Shown here piece by piece: positions 10,956 through 22,861 of a stretch of 62,818 bases of DNA. The position numbers were made by a program, and so were the translations under genes. Each line of letters starts with the position of its first letter. Position 1 is the first letter of the stretch. The DNA is taken from contig NC_088807.1 in the NCBI RefSeq assembly GCF_011386835.1, forward strand, positions 23,064,001-23,126,818, read 5' to 3'. The DNA comes from Chrysemys picta bellii. Lineage: Eukaryota. The notes below the pieces were generated by a model. It was not told the DNA's origin. It searched no databases and saw nothing but the letters and a program-made list of their open reading frames with translations.

Positions 10956-13900
10956 ATGTTCTGGAAGTTCGACCTGCACTCCAGCTCGCACATCGAGACG
11001 CTGCTGGAGCGCGCCGACCTGACGCTGCGGGAGCTGCTGGATGAGGACGATGTGCTGCAGGAGCGCAAGGTGGTGAACCGCCGGCTGCTGGACTTCCTGG
11101 TGCAGCCGCAGCACATGGAGGCGCTGGTGACCTGCGTGACCGAGGAGCCCCCTGCCGAGCTGGACGAGCGGCTGCGCTACAAGTGAGGGGCTGCGGGGCG
11201 GGAGTGAGTGGCACCGGCAGGGCTGGGGAGCCCAGGGCCGGGCTAGCAGGGGGCTGCGGGTCGGGAGTGAGGGGCACCGGCAGGGCTGGGGGGAGCCCAG
11301 GGCTGGGCTAGCAGGGCTGCGGGTCGGGAGTGAGGGGCACCGGCAGGGCTGGGGGAGCCCAGGGCTGGGCTAGCAGGGGGCTGCGGTTCGGGAGTGAGGG
11401 GCACCGGCAGGCTAGGGGGGCTGGGCTGGGCTAGCAGGGGGCTGCGGGTGCTCATGTCCCCTCCCCCGCAGGTACCCCAGCGTGTCGTGCGAGATCCTGA
11501 CGTCGGACGTGAGCCCGATCACGGACGCGCTGGGTGAGGACGAGGGGCTGCTGCGGCGTCTCTACGGCTTCCTGCAGGGCCACGGGGTCCTGAACCCGCT
11601 GCTGGCCAGCTTCTTCAGCAAGGTCATGGGCATCCTCATCAACCGCAAGACAGACCAGGTGTGCCGGGCGGCCAGCCCCAGCCTCCCCCTGCCTCGGTTT
11701 CCCTTCCGCCTGCCAGCTCTTGGGGCCAGGACTGGCTGGCACGCCACCTCTGTGCAGCGCCTGGCACGATGGGCCCCCGATCCCAGCCGGGGTGTGTGTG
11801 TGGGGGGGGGAGAGGGGGTGTTACCAGAATCCCACTAATAGCCTGCCAGTAGCTGGCCCCCTTTGAGCTGTGGAGGGGGTGGCCCCTCTCCGTAGCACCC
11901 CCCCCCCCCCGGCGCAGGCGGGAGACCGGGCTAGATGGGCCCAGAGTTGTGGCCGTTGCTGCCCCTCAGACCTGTGCCGCTGCCCTTGAGTGAGACGGGC
12001 TCATCCGGACCCCCGGCCCCTCCCAATCACTGCGGCACCTCTGCCCGTCTAGCCTGGCGTCCCGGCTGCCTGTTCCCTCCTCATCGGCCGAGGCAGCTCA
12101 GGCCCCGAAGCTGGGCGGCCCCGGTGGTGGGGGGTTCCCCAGGCTAATGGGGGCTGGCCCGCACCTTGCAGATTGTGGCCTTCCTGCGCAAGAAGGACGA
12201 TTTCGTGAGCCTGCTGCTACGGCACATCGGCACCTCGGCCATCATGGACCTGCTGCTACGCCTGCTGACCTGCGTGGAGCAGCCCGTGCTGCGCCAGGAC
12301 GTCTTCAATGTAAGGGCGGGGCTTCCCGCTGGCCACGCCCCTTCGTGTCTGCTGGCCCCGCCCCTGGACACCCACTGCCCCGCCCCTTCGTGTCCGCTGG
12401 ACCCGCCCCTAGGCACCCACTGCCCCGCCCCCTTCGTGCCTGCTGGACCCGCCCCTTTTTGTCTGCAGGGGCCCCTGCTCCGTCTCACTTGCTGCCCTGT
12501 GTCCAGCCCCACATCCTGCCCCACGTCTCATTGGCTACTCCAGGGCTATCTCACTCCATTGGTAGAAACTGCCTTGGTGCCTTCACACCCCCCCCCCCCC
12601 CCCAGCTTCAGCCAGGCTGAGCCGGGGATACCCAGCCCCATAACTAACTCATGGGTGGGGGGGCCCAGGACATGGGGCCTGCGAGTCGGGAGTGAGGGGC
12701 ACGGGCAGAGCTGGGGGGGAGGGGGGAGCCCAGGGCTGGGCTAGCAGGGGCTGCGGGTCGGGAGCGCGGGGCACCGAGACGTGCTGTTCCCTTCACAGTG
12801 GCTGAACGAGGAGAAGATCGTGCAGAGACTGATCGAGATGATTCACCCTTTGAAAGACGACAATGTGAGCGGCTCTGTACGGCCTGCGCCTTGGGGGGCG
12901 GAACATGGCGGGGACAGCTACGGGTGGGGAGCTCCCAGCCCCCCTGCTCTAACCACTAGACCCCACTCCCCTCCAGAGCCAGGAGAGAACCCAGGAGTCC
13001 TGGCTCCCAGCCCCCCTGCTCTAACCACTAGACCCCCCCTCCCCTCCCGTCCCAGAGCCAGGGAGAGATCCCAGGAGTCCTGGCTCCCAGCCCCCCCTGC
13101 TCTAACCACTAGACCCCCCCTCCCCTCCCAGAGCAGGAGAGAACCCAGGAGTCCTGGCTCCCAGCCCCCCCGCTTTAACCACTAGACCCCCCTCCCCTCC
13201 CAGAGCCAGGGAGAGAACCCAGGAGTCCTGGCTCCCGCTGCCACCAGTCCTTACTGCGATGGGGGTCCATTCCTTTAAGCCAGCAGCTCCGATGGGGCGT
13301 GGCAGAGGGACTGGCCCCGCCTCCCACTACTTGGCCCCGCCTTTCCCATCGCCCCGGTAACCGGGTCTCTTCCCCCCCCACCCCAGCAACATTCCAATGC
13401 CGCCCAGTCCCTGTGTGACATCATCCGACTGAGCCGGAGCAGATGATGCAGATTCAGGACAGCCCCGAACCTGACCAGCTGCTGGCCACGCTGGAGAAGT
13501 GAGTGTGGGGCTGTGGGGCTGCGGGTCGGGAGTGAGGGGCACCGGCTGGGCTGGGGGAGGGGGCAGCCCAGGGCTGGGCGAGCAGGGGGCTGGGGGAGGG
13601 GCTGAGGGGCACCCGCAGACCTGGGGGAGGGGGCAGCCCAGGGTTGGGCTAGCAGGGGGCTGTGGGTCGGGAGTGAGGGGCACCGGCAGACCTGGGAGAG
13701 GCGTCCCGGCCCTCCCAGTATCAACCCAAGTTAACGATGGCGAAGCAGAAGCACGAAGCTCCCAGCCCATGAGCCAAGGACCCTCACCCGGTGCTGAGAC
13801 GCGGCCCCTGGGGGGCGGGGGGCAGGGCTGGGTCCCCAGGGGATGGGGTGTTTGGGGACTCCTCAGCCAGGCGTCAGGGACCCGGGGATCCCCTCGGCCG

Positions 13901-16900
13901 GCCCCCCTGACTGGGGTGGGGTCGGGGTGTTGGGGCCCCCCCGCAGGCAGGAGACCCGGGGATCCCCTCGGCCGGCCCCCCTGACTGGGGTGGGGGCGGG
14001 GTGTTGGGGCCCCCCCGCAGGCAGGAGACCCGGGGATCCCCTCGGCCGGCCCCCCTGACTGGGGTGGGGGCGGGGTGTTTGGGGACCCGGGGATCCCCTC
14101 GGCCGGCCCCCCTGACTGGGGTGGGGGCGGGGTGTTGGGCCCCCCCGCAGGCAGGAGACCGTGGAGCAGCTGCTGGGGAACATGCTGGCGGGCGAGCGGG
14201 ACGAGTCCGTCATCGTCAGCGGGATCCAGGTGCTGCTGACGCTGCTGGAGCCGCGCCGAGCCAGGTGAGGGGGCGGAGCTGGCGGGAGGGGGGGGGCCAG
14301 CCAGCCGCCCCGCCCGCGCTCACCCCTCGCTCTGCCCCCTGCAGGTCCGAGGCTGGGGGGATGGGCAGCTTTTACTGCCCCCTGGAAGGGCAGCTGGAGC
14401 TGGGGCCTCTGGGCTCGGACGGCAGCGCCTGCCAGGCCAGCCCCAGCACCCTGCTGGCCCTCAGAGGTTACCTCCGGGACTTCCACCAGCTGCTGATCGA
14501 CCCCCCGAAGGTAATAGGCCCCCGGACTCCGGGGTTCCATCCCTGGCTCTGGGAGGGGAGTGGGGGCTAGTGGTTAGAGCAGGGGGGGCTGGGAGCCAGG
14601 ACTCCTGGGTTCTGTCCCTGGCTCTGGGAGGGGAGTGGGGTCTAGTGGTTAGAGCAGGGCGGGCTAGGAGCCAGGACTCCTGGGTTCTTTTCCTGGCTCT
14701 GGGAGGGGGTTGGGTGTGGCTGCCCGGACGCCTGGGTTCTCTCGGCTGTGCTAACCGCTGCGCCCCACAGCGGCCGGCCCTGCAGATGACGTGGGGGCTG
14801 CTGGACCCGCCGCTGGGGAACACGCGGCTGCAGGTGGTGAAGCTGCTGGGCAGCTCGCTGGGTGCCGGCGACGCGGGGCTGCAGGAGGAGCTGCTGGGCT
14901 TGGACGCCCTCAACACCATGCTGGTGAGTGCCAGGGGCGGGGTCAGCCAATGGGAGGGTAACGGAGGGCAGGGCCAAGATCGTGGAAGTCAGACCAGGGG
15001 CCCATCGGCCCTGGGGTCCTTTCCCCCCCCCCACCCCGCCGGGTCAGAGCCAGGGGCCCAGCCCCCTCCATCCCGCCCCGGGTCAGAGCCACGGGCCCAT
15101 TTAGCCTGGTATCTGGTCAGCGCTCGTCCTGCCTGGCGACGGGAACGGATGGTGCAGGAGGTTTCGGAGGGGACGAGTTTACTTTGATTTCTGCCCCATG
15201 GTTAAAAGACGAAACCAGGGCACAGCCCCTGGAGTCCAGCTCCAATCCCAGATCTGGGAAGGAGATTGCTTCACTTCCTGTCCCAAAGCGACCAGCTCTA
15301 CCACCAGCCCCCACCCCAGAGGGGCTGCATCCCAGCACCGGGCGAGTGGTCCCCGTATACCCAGCCCTCCCTCCCCACCCCAGAGGGGCTGCGTCCCAGC
15401 ACTGGGCGAGGGGTCCCCGTGTACCCAGCCCCCCCACCCCGCCCCATCCCAGAGGGGCCACGTCCCAGCACCGGGCGAGGGGTCCCCGTGTACCCAGCCC
15501 CCCCACCCCGCCCCATCCCAGAGGGGCCGCGTCCCAGCGCCGGGCGAGGGGTCCCCGTGTACCCAGCCCCCCCACCCTGCCCCATCCCAGAGGGGCCACG
15601 TCCCAGCACCGGGCGAGGGGTCCCCGTGTACCCAGCCCCCCCACCCTGCCCCATCCCAGAGGGGCCGCGTCCCAGCGCCAGGCGAGGGGTCCCCGTGTAC
15701 CCAGCCCCCCCACCCCATCCCAGAGGGGCCGCATCCCAGCGCCAGGCGAGGGGTCCCCGTGTACCCAGCCCCCCCACCCCGCCCCATCCCAGAGGGGCAG
15801 CGTCCCAGCGCCAGGCGAGGGGTCCCCGTGTACCCAGCCCCCCCACCCCGCCCCATCCCAGAGGGGCCGCGTCCCAGCGCCGGGCGAGGGGTCCCCGTGT
15901 ACCCAGCCCCCGGCGGCTCGGCGCCACAGCCAGGCTGGTGCCCGGTGTCCCTTGCAAACGCTGCCCCGAGCTCCGTCTCTCCCTCTTTCTCGCCCAGGAC
16001 CTGTATTTCAAATACACCTACAACAATTTCCTGCACGCCCAGCTGGAGGCGTGTCTGAGCACCCTGCTGCGGGCCGGCGCCCCCCCTGAGGACTCGCAGC
16101 CCCCCCCAGACAGCCCCGTCGTCAAGCATGTGAGTGGGGGGGACCCTCGAAGCTCCCGGGGGGTGGGGGTGGGGGGGAGGAGGGGCAGCCCAGTGTGGGC
16201 AGGATCTGCAGTCGCCTTCTTCCTCCAAGGTTATAACTGGCCCCAGGGATAGAACCCAGGAGTCCTGGCTCCCAGCCCCCCTCCCCCTCTAACCCACTGG
16301 ACCCCACCCTCTCCCAGAGCCAGAGATAGAACCCAGGAGTCCTGGCTCCCAGCCCCCCTCCCCCTCTAACCCACTGGACCCCACCCTCTCCCAGAGCCGG
16401 AGATAGAACCCAGGAGTCCTGACTCCCAGCCCCCCCACCCCCCTGCTCTAACCACTAGACCCCACTCCCCTCCCAGAGCCAGGGAGAGAACCCAGGAGTC
16501 CTGGCTCCCCCCCCCCCCCCCCCCCAACCAGCAGTGCCTCCTGCTCCCCAAGTCAGCGTTGGGCCCCGTCTCTGCCCCGCCCGGCCATGACCCGCTGCCC
16601 CCTTCTCTCCCGCCCCTGCAGCTGCTGCAGAAATGCCGCCTGGTGCACCGAATCCTGTCGGCCTGGGAGGAGAACGAGCAGACGCAGTAAGTGGTGGGTG
16701 GGGGTGAAGAGCGAGACACCCCCACACGACGCGGGGGGAACCCAGGAGTCCTGGCTCCCAGCCCCACCAAACCCCACAGCCCTCCCAGAGCCGGGGAGAG
16801 GGGTGGAGCCCAGCTCTCTTGAGCCATGTGCTGGGGTGGACGGTGTGGGAGCGCCCCCTAGTGCCCGGCCCTGACTGCTGGGGAGAGCGCCCTCTGTGGA

Positions 16901-19900
16901 GCCCCCCGCCCCGCTCCCTGCAGCCCAGCCCTGCCTGGGGGGTGGGCGCTGCGGTGACTCCCGGCCCTCGGGTCCCGTTGCAGGGCAGCCGGAGGCCGGC
17001 GGAGGGGGTACATGGGCCACCTGACGCGCATCGCCAATGCCCTCGTCCAGAGCTCCGAGAAGGGCCCTCATGTCGCCCTCGTGGGGCAGCTGCTGAAAGG
17101 TAGGTGCGGGCGGCCTGCGTGGGGCGCCGGGCCAGCGCTGGGCACAGAACCGGCTTCCTGCCTGGTTGTGGGCTGCGGTGACCCTTAGTGGGCGGTCAGT
17201 GGGGCGCCCTGTGCTGGGGGTGTGGGGCCGGGAGGGTGTGGATAGGGGCTGGGGCCCCCGGCTCTGTGGCTGTTCCCTGCCCCCCGGGGCAGTGGTGTGG
17301 AGCTGTGGCGGGGAGCTGCCGCCCATGGGGGGGCGCCATCTCACCCCGGTGCCCCTGCCGTGACAGAGCTGCCGGAGGAGGAGCAGGAGCGGTGGGAGAA
17401 ATTCGTCTCGGGGCCCCTGGCAGAGACCAACAAGAAAAACGTGGTGGATCTGGTGAGTTTTCTCCCCCCCCCCCCAACCCCACAGGCCCATCCTGCCCGG
17501 TGCTACCCCCACGTCTGTCCAGCTCTCCGCTCCGATGCCAGCCCCCCCGGTCAGCCCCACGTGCCCACTGGCTTCCTGCCCTGTGCCAACTACCGTGGAA
17601 GCCGCGAGCCCATCCTTGCTCTAGCGTCAGCTCCGTCTTGTAGCAGGGAGTTCCGCCGCCTAACGCCTGAGCATTGTCCCGGGGCTCTGTCACATGTTCT
17701 GAGGGACCCACCCGGCTGGTGCTGCCCCCCATGGCTGGGAGGTGTCGGGGAGAGGGATGGGACTCACTGCCCCCCCGCCCCCGTACCATGACCCTAACGA
17801 GCCCCGGTGCCCCCTACAGGTGAACATGCACAATCTGCACTCGTCCAGCGACGATGAGGAGAACGACCTGAAGGAGTTCAACTTCCCCCAGGAGGCCGTG
17901 CTACAGCAGGTGGGTCTGCCCCCCCCAGAGCCAGCCGCGTCCCAGCGCCGGGCGAGGGGTCCCCGGATACCCAGCCCCCGCGCCCCACCCCAGAGGGGCC
18001 ACATCCCAGCGCCGGGCGAGGGGTCCCCGGATACCCAGCCCCCCTGTGCCGGATGCCCGCCCAGCTTCTGTCTGTCTGTGTCTGTCCATCCTCGCCAGGC
18101 CTTCGTGGATTACCAGATGCAGCAGGTGACCTCGGCCTTCATCGACCACTTCGGCTTCAACGACGAGGAATTCGGGGAGCAGGAGGAGAGTGTCAAGTGT
18201 GTGTCTGCCTGGAACCCCCCCTCCTCCCGGCCCGTCCGCATCCGCTGCCCCACACTCGCTGAGGGGGTGCACTAGGGAACAGGGCCACTAGGTGGCACCA
18301 GATCCACCTTCTCTGCTGTGGGCCAGGAGCCAGGACTCCTGGGTTCTCTCCCCGGCTGTGCCATGACTCCTGTCGGTGCCGCGCCTTTTGGGGTGACCCC
18401 CCCCTCCCCCCCCGGCTCATTCACTCTAACTGGAGGTTCTGCGCAAACGAACCCCTGTGCTTCCGGGGGGACGCTGAATGTGTGCTTCTAACCCAGCTTT
18501 GCACACGGTATCCCGTTGGCCCCCCTGCCTCCCCGGGGACCCCATGTGGCGGGGGGCTGTGAGACGAAGTAGGGGAGTAGTCCGGGACAGGCTGACACCT
18601 CATAACCCCTCTCCTTGGCTTCCTGCCTCCCCGGAGACCCCGCGTAGAGCAACAGGGCAGCGTCACATCAGACCCCCCACCACCACCACTGCCGTGGGAC
18701 CAGGGTGCTGGCAGTAGCGCCCCCTGCCTGTTGAGCAGCCCCCCCTTGGTGTGGGGCACCCCAGCCCCCCCACAAACCCCTCTCGGCTTCATGTCTCTGC
18801 TTCTCTTTTTCTCTCCGCTGCCTCCAGCGCCCACTTCCGCCAACTCAAGAGGTAACAACCCCCCCGCACCCCCCTCCCAGACCCCCGGCAGGGGCATGTG
18901 ACACCAGCCGGACCCCTCCCCATCCCCGAGAGCAAGGGGGTGGAGAGGAGAACCCCATTTCAACCCTTCCGGCCCTTTCAGGAAATCCTGCCATCGGGGA
19001 CTCAGTTGGGCACAGATCCAGGCAACGCGGGGTTAACCGTCCCAGCAGCCCTTGGGGCCCCAACTGCCCTCATGCACCCCCCACCCGCCCGGGCTGGCAC
19101 CCCCTTTCCTAGCACATGGGAGGGGAGTGGGGTGTGGTGGTTAGAGTGGGGGGGGGGGGCTGGGAGCCAGGACTCCTGGGTTCTCTCCCGGCTCTGGGAG
19201 GGGAGTGGGGTCTAGTGGTTAGAGCTGGGGGGGCTGGGAGACAGGACTCCTGGGTTCTCTCCTGGCTCTAGGAGGGGAGAGGGGTCTAGCAGCAGCCCCT
19301 CAGCAGCTGGTCTCTTCCCAATGCTTGTGGTGGGGAGTGGCCAGCGGCACCCCCCGTTTGATGCGGGAGCGGCCGCCTGTCATGGTGCGTTCTCTGTTCC
19401 AGCGCCCCCTTCGACAGGACGGGCAGCCTGAGCTTCTCGCTGAGCGCCGACGACGACAGTGTGAGTGCCCCCCCCGCCCCGCGGCCTCGGCCCCGCCCCC
19501 GATGTCCCCCTGGCTCTGCGTCCCAACCCCACTGCCCCCCTCCCCACCTTCCCTAGCTCCGCATCACCCCCCGCCACGCCTCTGCTGTGCCCTCTGCCCT
19601 TCTCTTAACGCCTGCGCCACCCTCCCATGGTGCCCCCCATTCCCAGCATCACCTCGCCGAGCGCCGATGACAAGCGCATGAATGTTCCCCCCCGTGGCCA
19701 CCCCCTTGTCGTCGTCCCCGTCATGCCCCCAGCCGGTACCCTGACTCTTCCCCCTTCCCCCAGCCCAACTCCAACCTGTTTGAAGTCTGCTACAAGGAGC
19801 GGATCCAGCAGTTTGACGATGACGACTCGGACGGGGAGGACGCCTGGCAGGAGAAGGAGCTGGGCTACTCGGGGGGGCCCCCGCAGCCCGCAGGGCCCAG

Positions 19901-22861
19901 GTACTGGCCCCCAGTGACTCCAGGGGGGCAGGCACGGGGCCTCCTGGTCTCGGGGGCAGCCAGGATGCCTGGGTTCTCTCCCTGCCTCTGGGAGGAGAGT
20001 GGGGGCTAGTGGTTGGAGCAAGGGGGGGCTGGGAGCCAGGACTCCTGGGTTCTCTCCCCAGCTCTGGGATAAATACCAGGTTGGATGAGCTCATGGATCT
20101 GATCCGGGAGGTGGGGAGGGGACGGTGTAGATGGGCCCGGCGGGGCTGATCCGGGATGGGGCGGGAGGCTGGGGTAGATGGGCCCAGGGGTTGGGTCTGG
20201 GAAGGGGGCGGGATACCCGGGTAGATGGGCCCGGGGGGCTGATGCCGGCCCATTCTCTCCCTGCGGCAGGAGCTGTGGCAGCACGGACAGCGAGGGCAGC
20301 CGGGACTCGGAGGAGGAGGAGGGCGAGGAGGAAGACGCTGGCGGGGGCGTGGAGGACGGAGGAGGAGGAGGCGGTGGCGAGGCCGAGGGTAAGACCCCAG
20401 TGGAGAACGAGGTGAATCCAATGGTGGGGGGGGGAGGGCGGAGCCAGAGGAGAAGGTTGGGGGGTGGCTCTGGGTGGGGTGGTGGTGTCTAGGTCACGTA
20501 TGTAAATTAGGTGGTGCATATTCATCAAACATGCAAATCAAGGCCTCACTTCCTACTTTCGGTGGTGGCCAGCCCAAGCCGCTGCGCCCGGTGGGTGCCG
20601 GTGTTGCCCGCTGGCACCAGGGAATCGGAGCAAGGGGCGTCTGCCCGGCCCTGACCCCGCTCTCTGCTCTCCCTTCTCAGGGGCCAGCCCTGACCCGGTG
20701 CCTGCAGAGCCCCCCGCTCCGCTTCCCCCCAACGGCGGGGTGGACACTGGGGTGGCTGTGTGGGACAGGCCCGGCTCGGACGCCTCCCGCCCCCCCACAG
20801 AAGGGAGCTGGGCCCTGTATACAGACACCCCAGCGCTAACCAGGTGAGACCCAAGCCCCTCCGCCCGCCGCAGGGCGGCCTCATCTTCATTGGCCTCGGG
20901 GGGGCACCAGCTGCTGTGGAAGACGGGATGCCGGGGTCGATGGGCCCATGGCTCGGGTCTAGGGAGGGGGCTGGAGGCCGGGGTCGATGGGCCTGTGGGT
21001 TGGGTCTGGGGAGGGGGTGGGAGGCCGGTGTCGATGGGCCCGTGGCTCGGGTCTGGGGAGGGGGCGGGAGGCTGGGGTCGATGGGCCTGTGGCTCGGGTC
21101 TAGGGAGGGGGCGGGAGGCCGGGGTCGATGGGCCTGTGGCTCGGGTCTGGGCTGGGGAGGGGGCAGGGGGCCGGGGTTGATGGGCCCGTGGGTCGGGTCT
21201 GGGCTGGGGAGGGGGCGGGAGGCCGGGGTCGATGGGCCCGTGGGTCGGGTCTGGGCTGGGGAGGGGGCAGGAGGCCGGGGTTGATGGGCCTGTGGGTCGG
21301 GTCTGGGCTGGGGAGGGGGCGGGAGGCCGGGGTCGATGGGCCCGTGGGTCGGGTCTGGGCCGGGAAGGGGGCGGGAGGCCGGGGTCGATGGGCCCGTGGG
21401 CCGGGAAGGGGGCGGGAGGCCGGGGTCGATGGGCCCGTGGGCCGGGAAGGGGGCGGGAGGCCGGGGTCGATGGGCCCGTGGGCCGGGAAGGGGGCGGGAG
21501 GCCGGGGTCGATGGGCCCGTGGGTCGGGAAGGGGGCGGGAGGCCGGGGTCGATGGGCCCGTGGGTCGGGAAGGGGGCGGGAGGCCGGGGTCGATGGGCCC
21601 GTGGGTCGGGAAGGGGGCGGGAGGCCGGGATCGATGGGCCCGTGGGTCGGGTCTGGGCTGGGGAGGGGGCGGGAGGCCGGGGTCGATGGGCCCCGTTGGT
21701 CTGGAACGGGGAGGGAGGCTGGGGGTCGAGGGGCCCGTGGGTCTGACTCAGTTGGGGGCGTATTTCTGCAGCCCGTCAGACGCCCCGTCAGGCTCTGCCC
21801 AGGGACCCCACCCTCAGGAACCGACAAGCAGCAATGTATCTTCGGGGGGAGGTGAGTGTCACCGCGGCAACCTGCCCCCCTCCCCCCAGCATTGACCCCT
21901 GGGCTGTGAGCCCTGGGGTGGCCGTGGGAGCGGGGCGGGGGTTGCATCACCTTTCCACCACCAGCCCCCGCGGTGGGGGGTCTTCCTTGGGGGGGCAGGG
22001 GCAGGGATCTTGAGCCCATGGGTCTGAGCTAAGTCGGGGGGAGGGTGTCTGGGCCTGTGGATCCGGGCTGGGGGGAGGTTGGGCCCATGGGGCTGGGGGG
22101 GAGTGGGGGGGGCAGAACGACCGCATTGATGGGCCCCTAATGCTCCCTCTCTCCAGCAGCCCCCCCGGAGCCCCCCCGTGCGGAATCGCCCTGCGAGAGC
22201 AGCGACCCGGCGCTGAACGGCCAATCGGCACCTCCGCCCGCCCCCGCCGCAGCCAGGCCAAAGTAACGCCGAGGGGGAGGGGCAAACGCGGGGGTGCCAG
22301 CGCCCATGGGCGGGGAGGGCGGGGGGAAGGGTGCCCTAGGACATGGCTGAACCCGGGGGTGGGGCTTGTGGGGTGGGGGAGGAGCCAGCCCTGGCCCCAC
22401 CCCTCACCCAGCTGTTTCTCCCCCCCCCCCCCCAGCACGGAAGGGGCCCCCCTATCTACCTCTGACGCCAGCCAGCGGCTCCCGGGGGCCGCGGCCGCCC
22501 CGAAGGCGGAGAACGGCGCCCCCCAGAGGCAGCAGCAGCCGGCAGCCAGGTGAGCCCAGAACACCCCCCCCCCCCCCCCGAGGAGCGCTCAGCCGGTGGG
22601 GGGTCAGCTCGATGGGGGGCTGCCTGGTGGGAGGGGCTCAGTAGGGGGGATCCCCCTCAGGATCGGGGGGGCACTCTAGCCTGTGACCCCATCAAATCCT
22701 GTGCATGGGGGGGTGTTAAATTGGCCTAGGCTGGGGCGATGGGCCCTGGGTTGGGAGGTCCGGGCAGATGGGGTGGGGGGGGTCCCCGATTTGGGAATGG
22801 GGGGGGGCGATGGAACAGTGATGACCCCCCCCCCGTCCGTCTCTCTCTCCTCCCCAGATAA
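10956..22861 (+). CDS. PPP6R1: Protein phosphatase 6 regulatory subunit 1 (SAPS domain), 22 coding exons, ~843 aa if one missing G in exon 5 is restored
   Basis: Exons 10956-11182, 11472-11658, 12172-12309, 12799-12864, 13387-13498, 14151-14264, 14345-14510, 14771-14923, 15998-16129, 16622-16686, 16984-17099, 17367-17452, 17820-17909, 18099-18196, 19403-19460, 19764-19900, 20270-20388, 20681-20843, 21772-21851, 22157-22262, 22436-22549, 22858-22861. All are GT-AG and phase-consistent except exon 5 (112 nt; 113 needed). Hallmark SAPS sequences: [63 protein letters not shown]. Adjacency to TMEM86B supports R1 over R2/R3. The low-complexity C-terminal exons are less certain. Confidence 0.93.
13876..14160 (+). 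repeat. Intronic minisatellite (~74 bp) containing copies of the exon 6 splice acceptor
   Basis: ccccgcag|gcaggagacc occurs at AG 13945-46, 14019-20 and the true site 14149-50, separated by cggggatcccctcggccggcccccctgactggggtggggg. Confidence 0.9.
15270..15912. repeat. Intronic minisatellite, ~63-bp unit, ~10 copies
   Basis: Unit catcccagaggggccgcgtcccagcgccgggcgaggggtccccgtgtacccagcccccccaccccgccc; dispersed copies at ~17930-18045 and ~53440-53520. Confidence 0.9.
18828..18851 (+). CDS. PPP6R1: Candidate 24-nt alternative microexon of PPP6R1 (adds AHFRQLKS)
   Basis: Long pyrimidine tract ttctctttttctctccgctgcctccag|CGCCCACTTCCGCCAACTCAAGAG|gtaaca; phase 2/2 matches the flanking exons; no stop. 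Confidence 0.55.
20930..21740. repeat. G-rich intronic minisatellite (38-50-bp variants)
   Basis: Repeated gggggcgggaggccggggtcgatgggcccgtgggtcgg. Confidence 0.9.

Noticed and set aside
11064-11066. PPP6R1 VLQERK instead of the recalled conserved VLQECK (CGC vs TGC)
   Set aside because: A single-base difference that cannot be distinguished from sequencing error or neutral lineage variation without reads.
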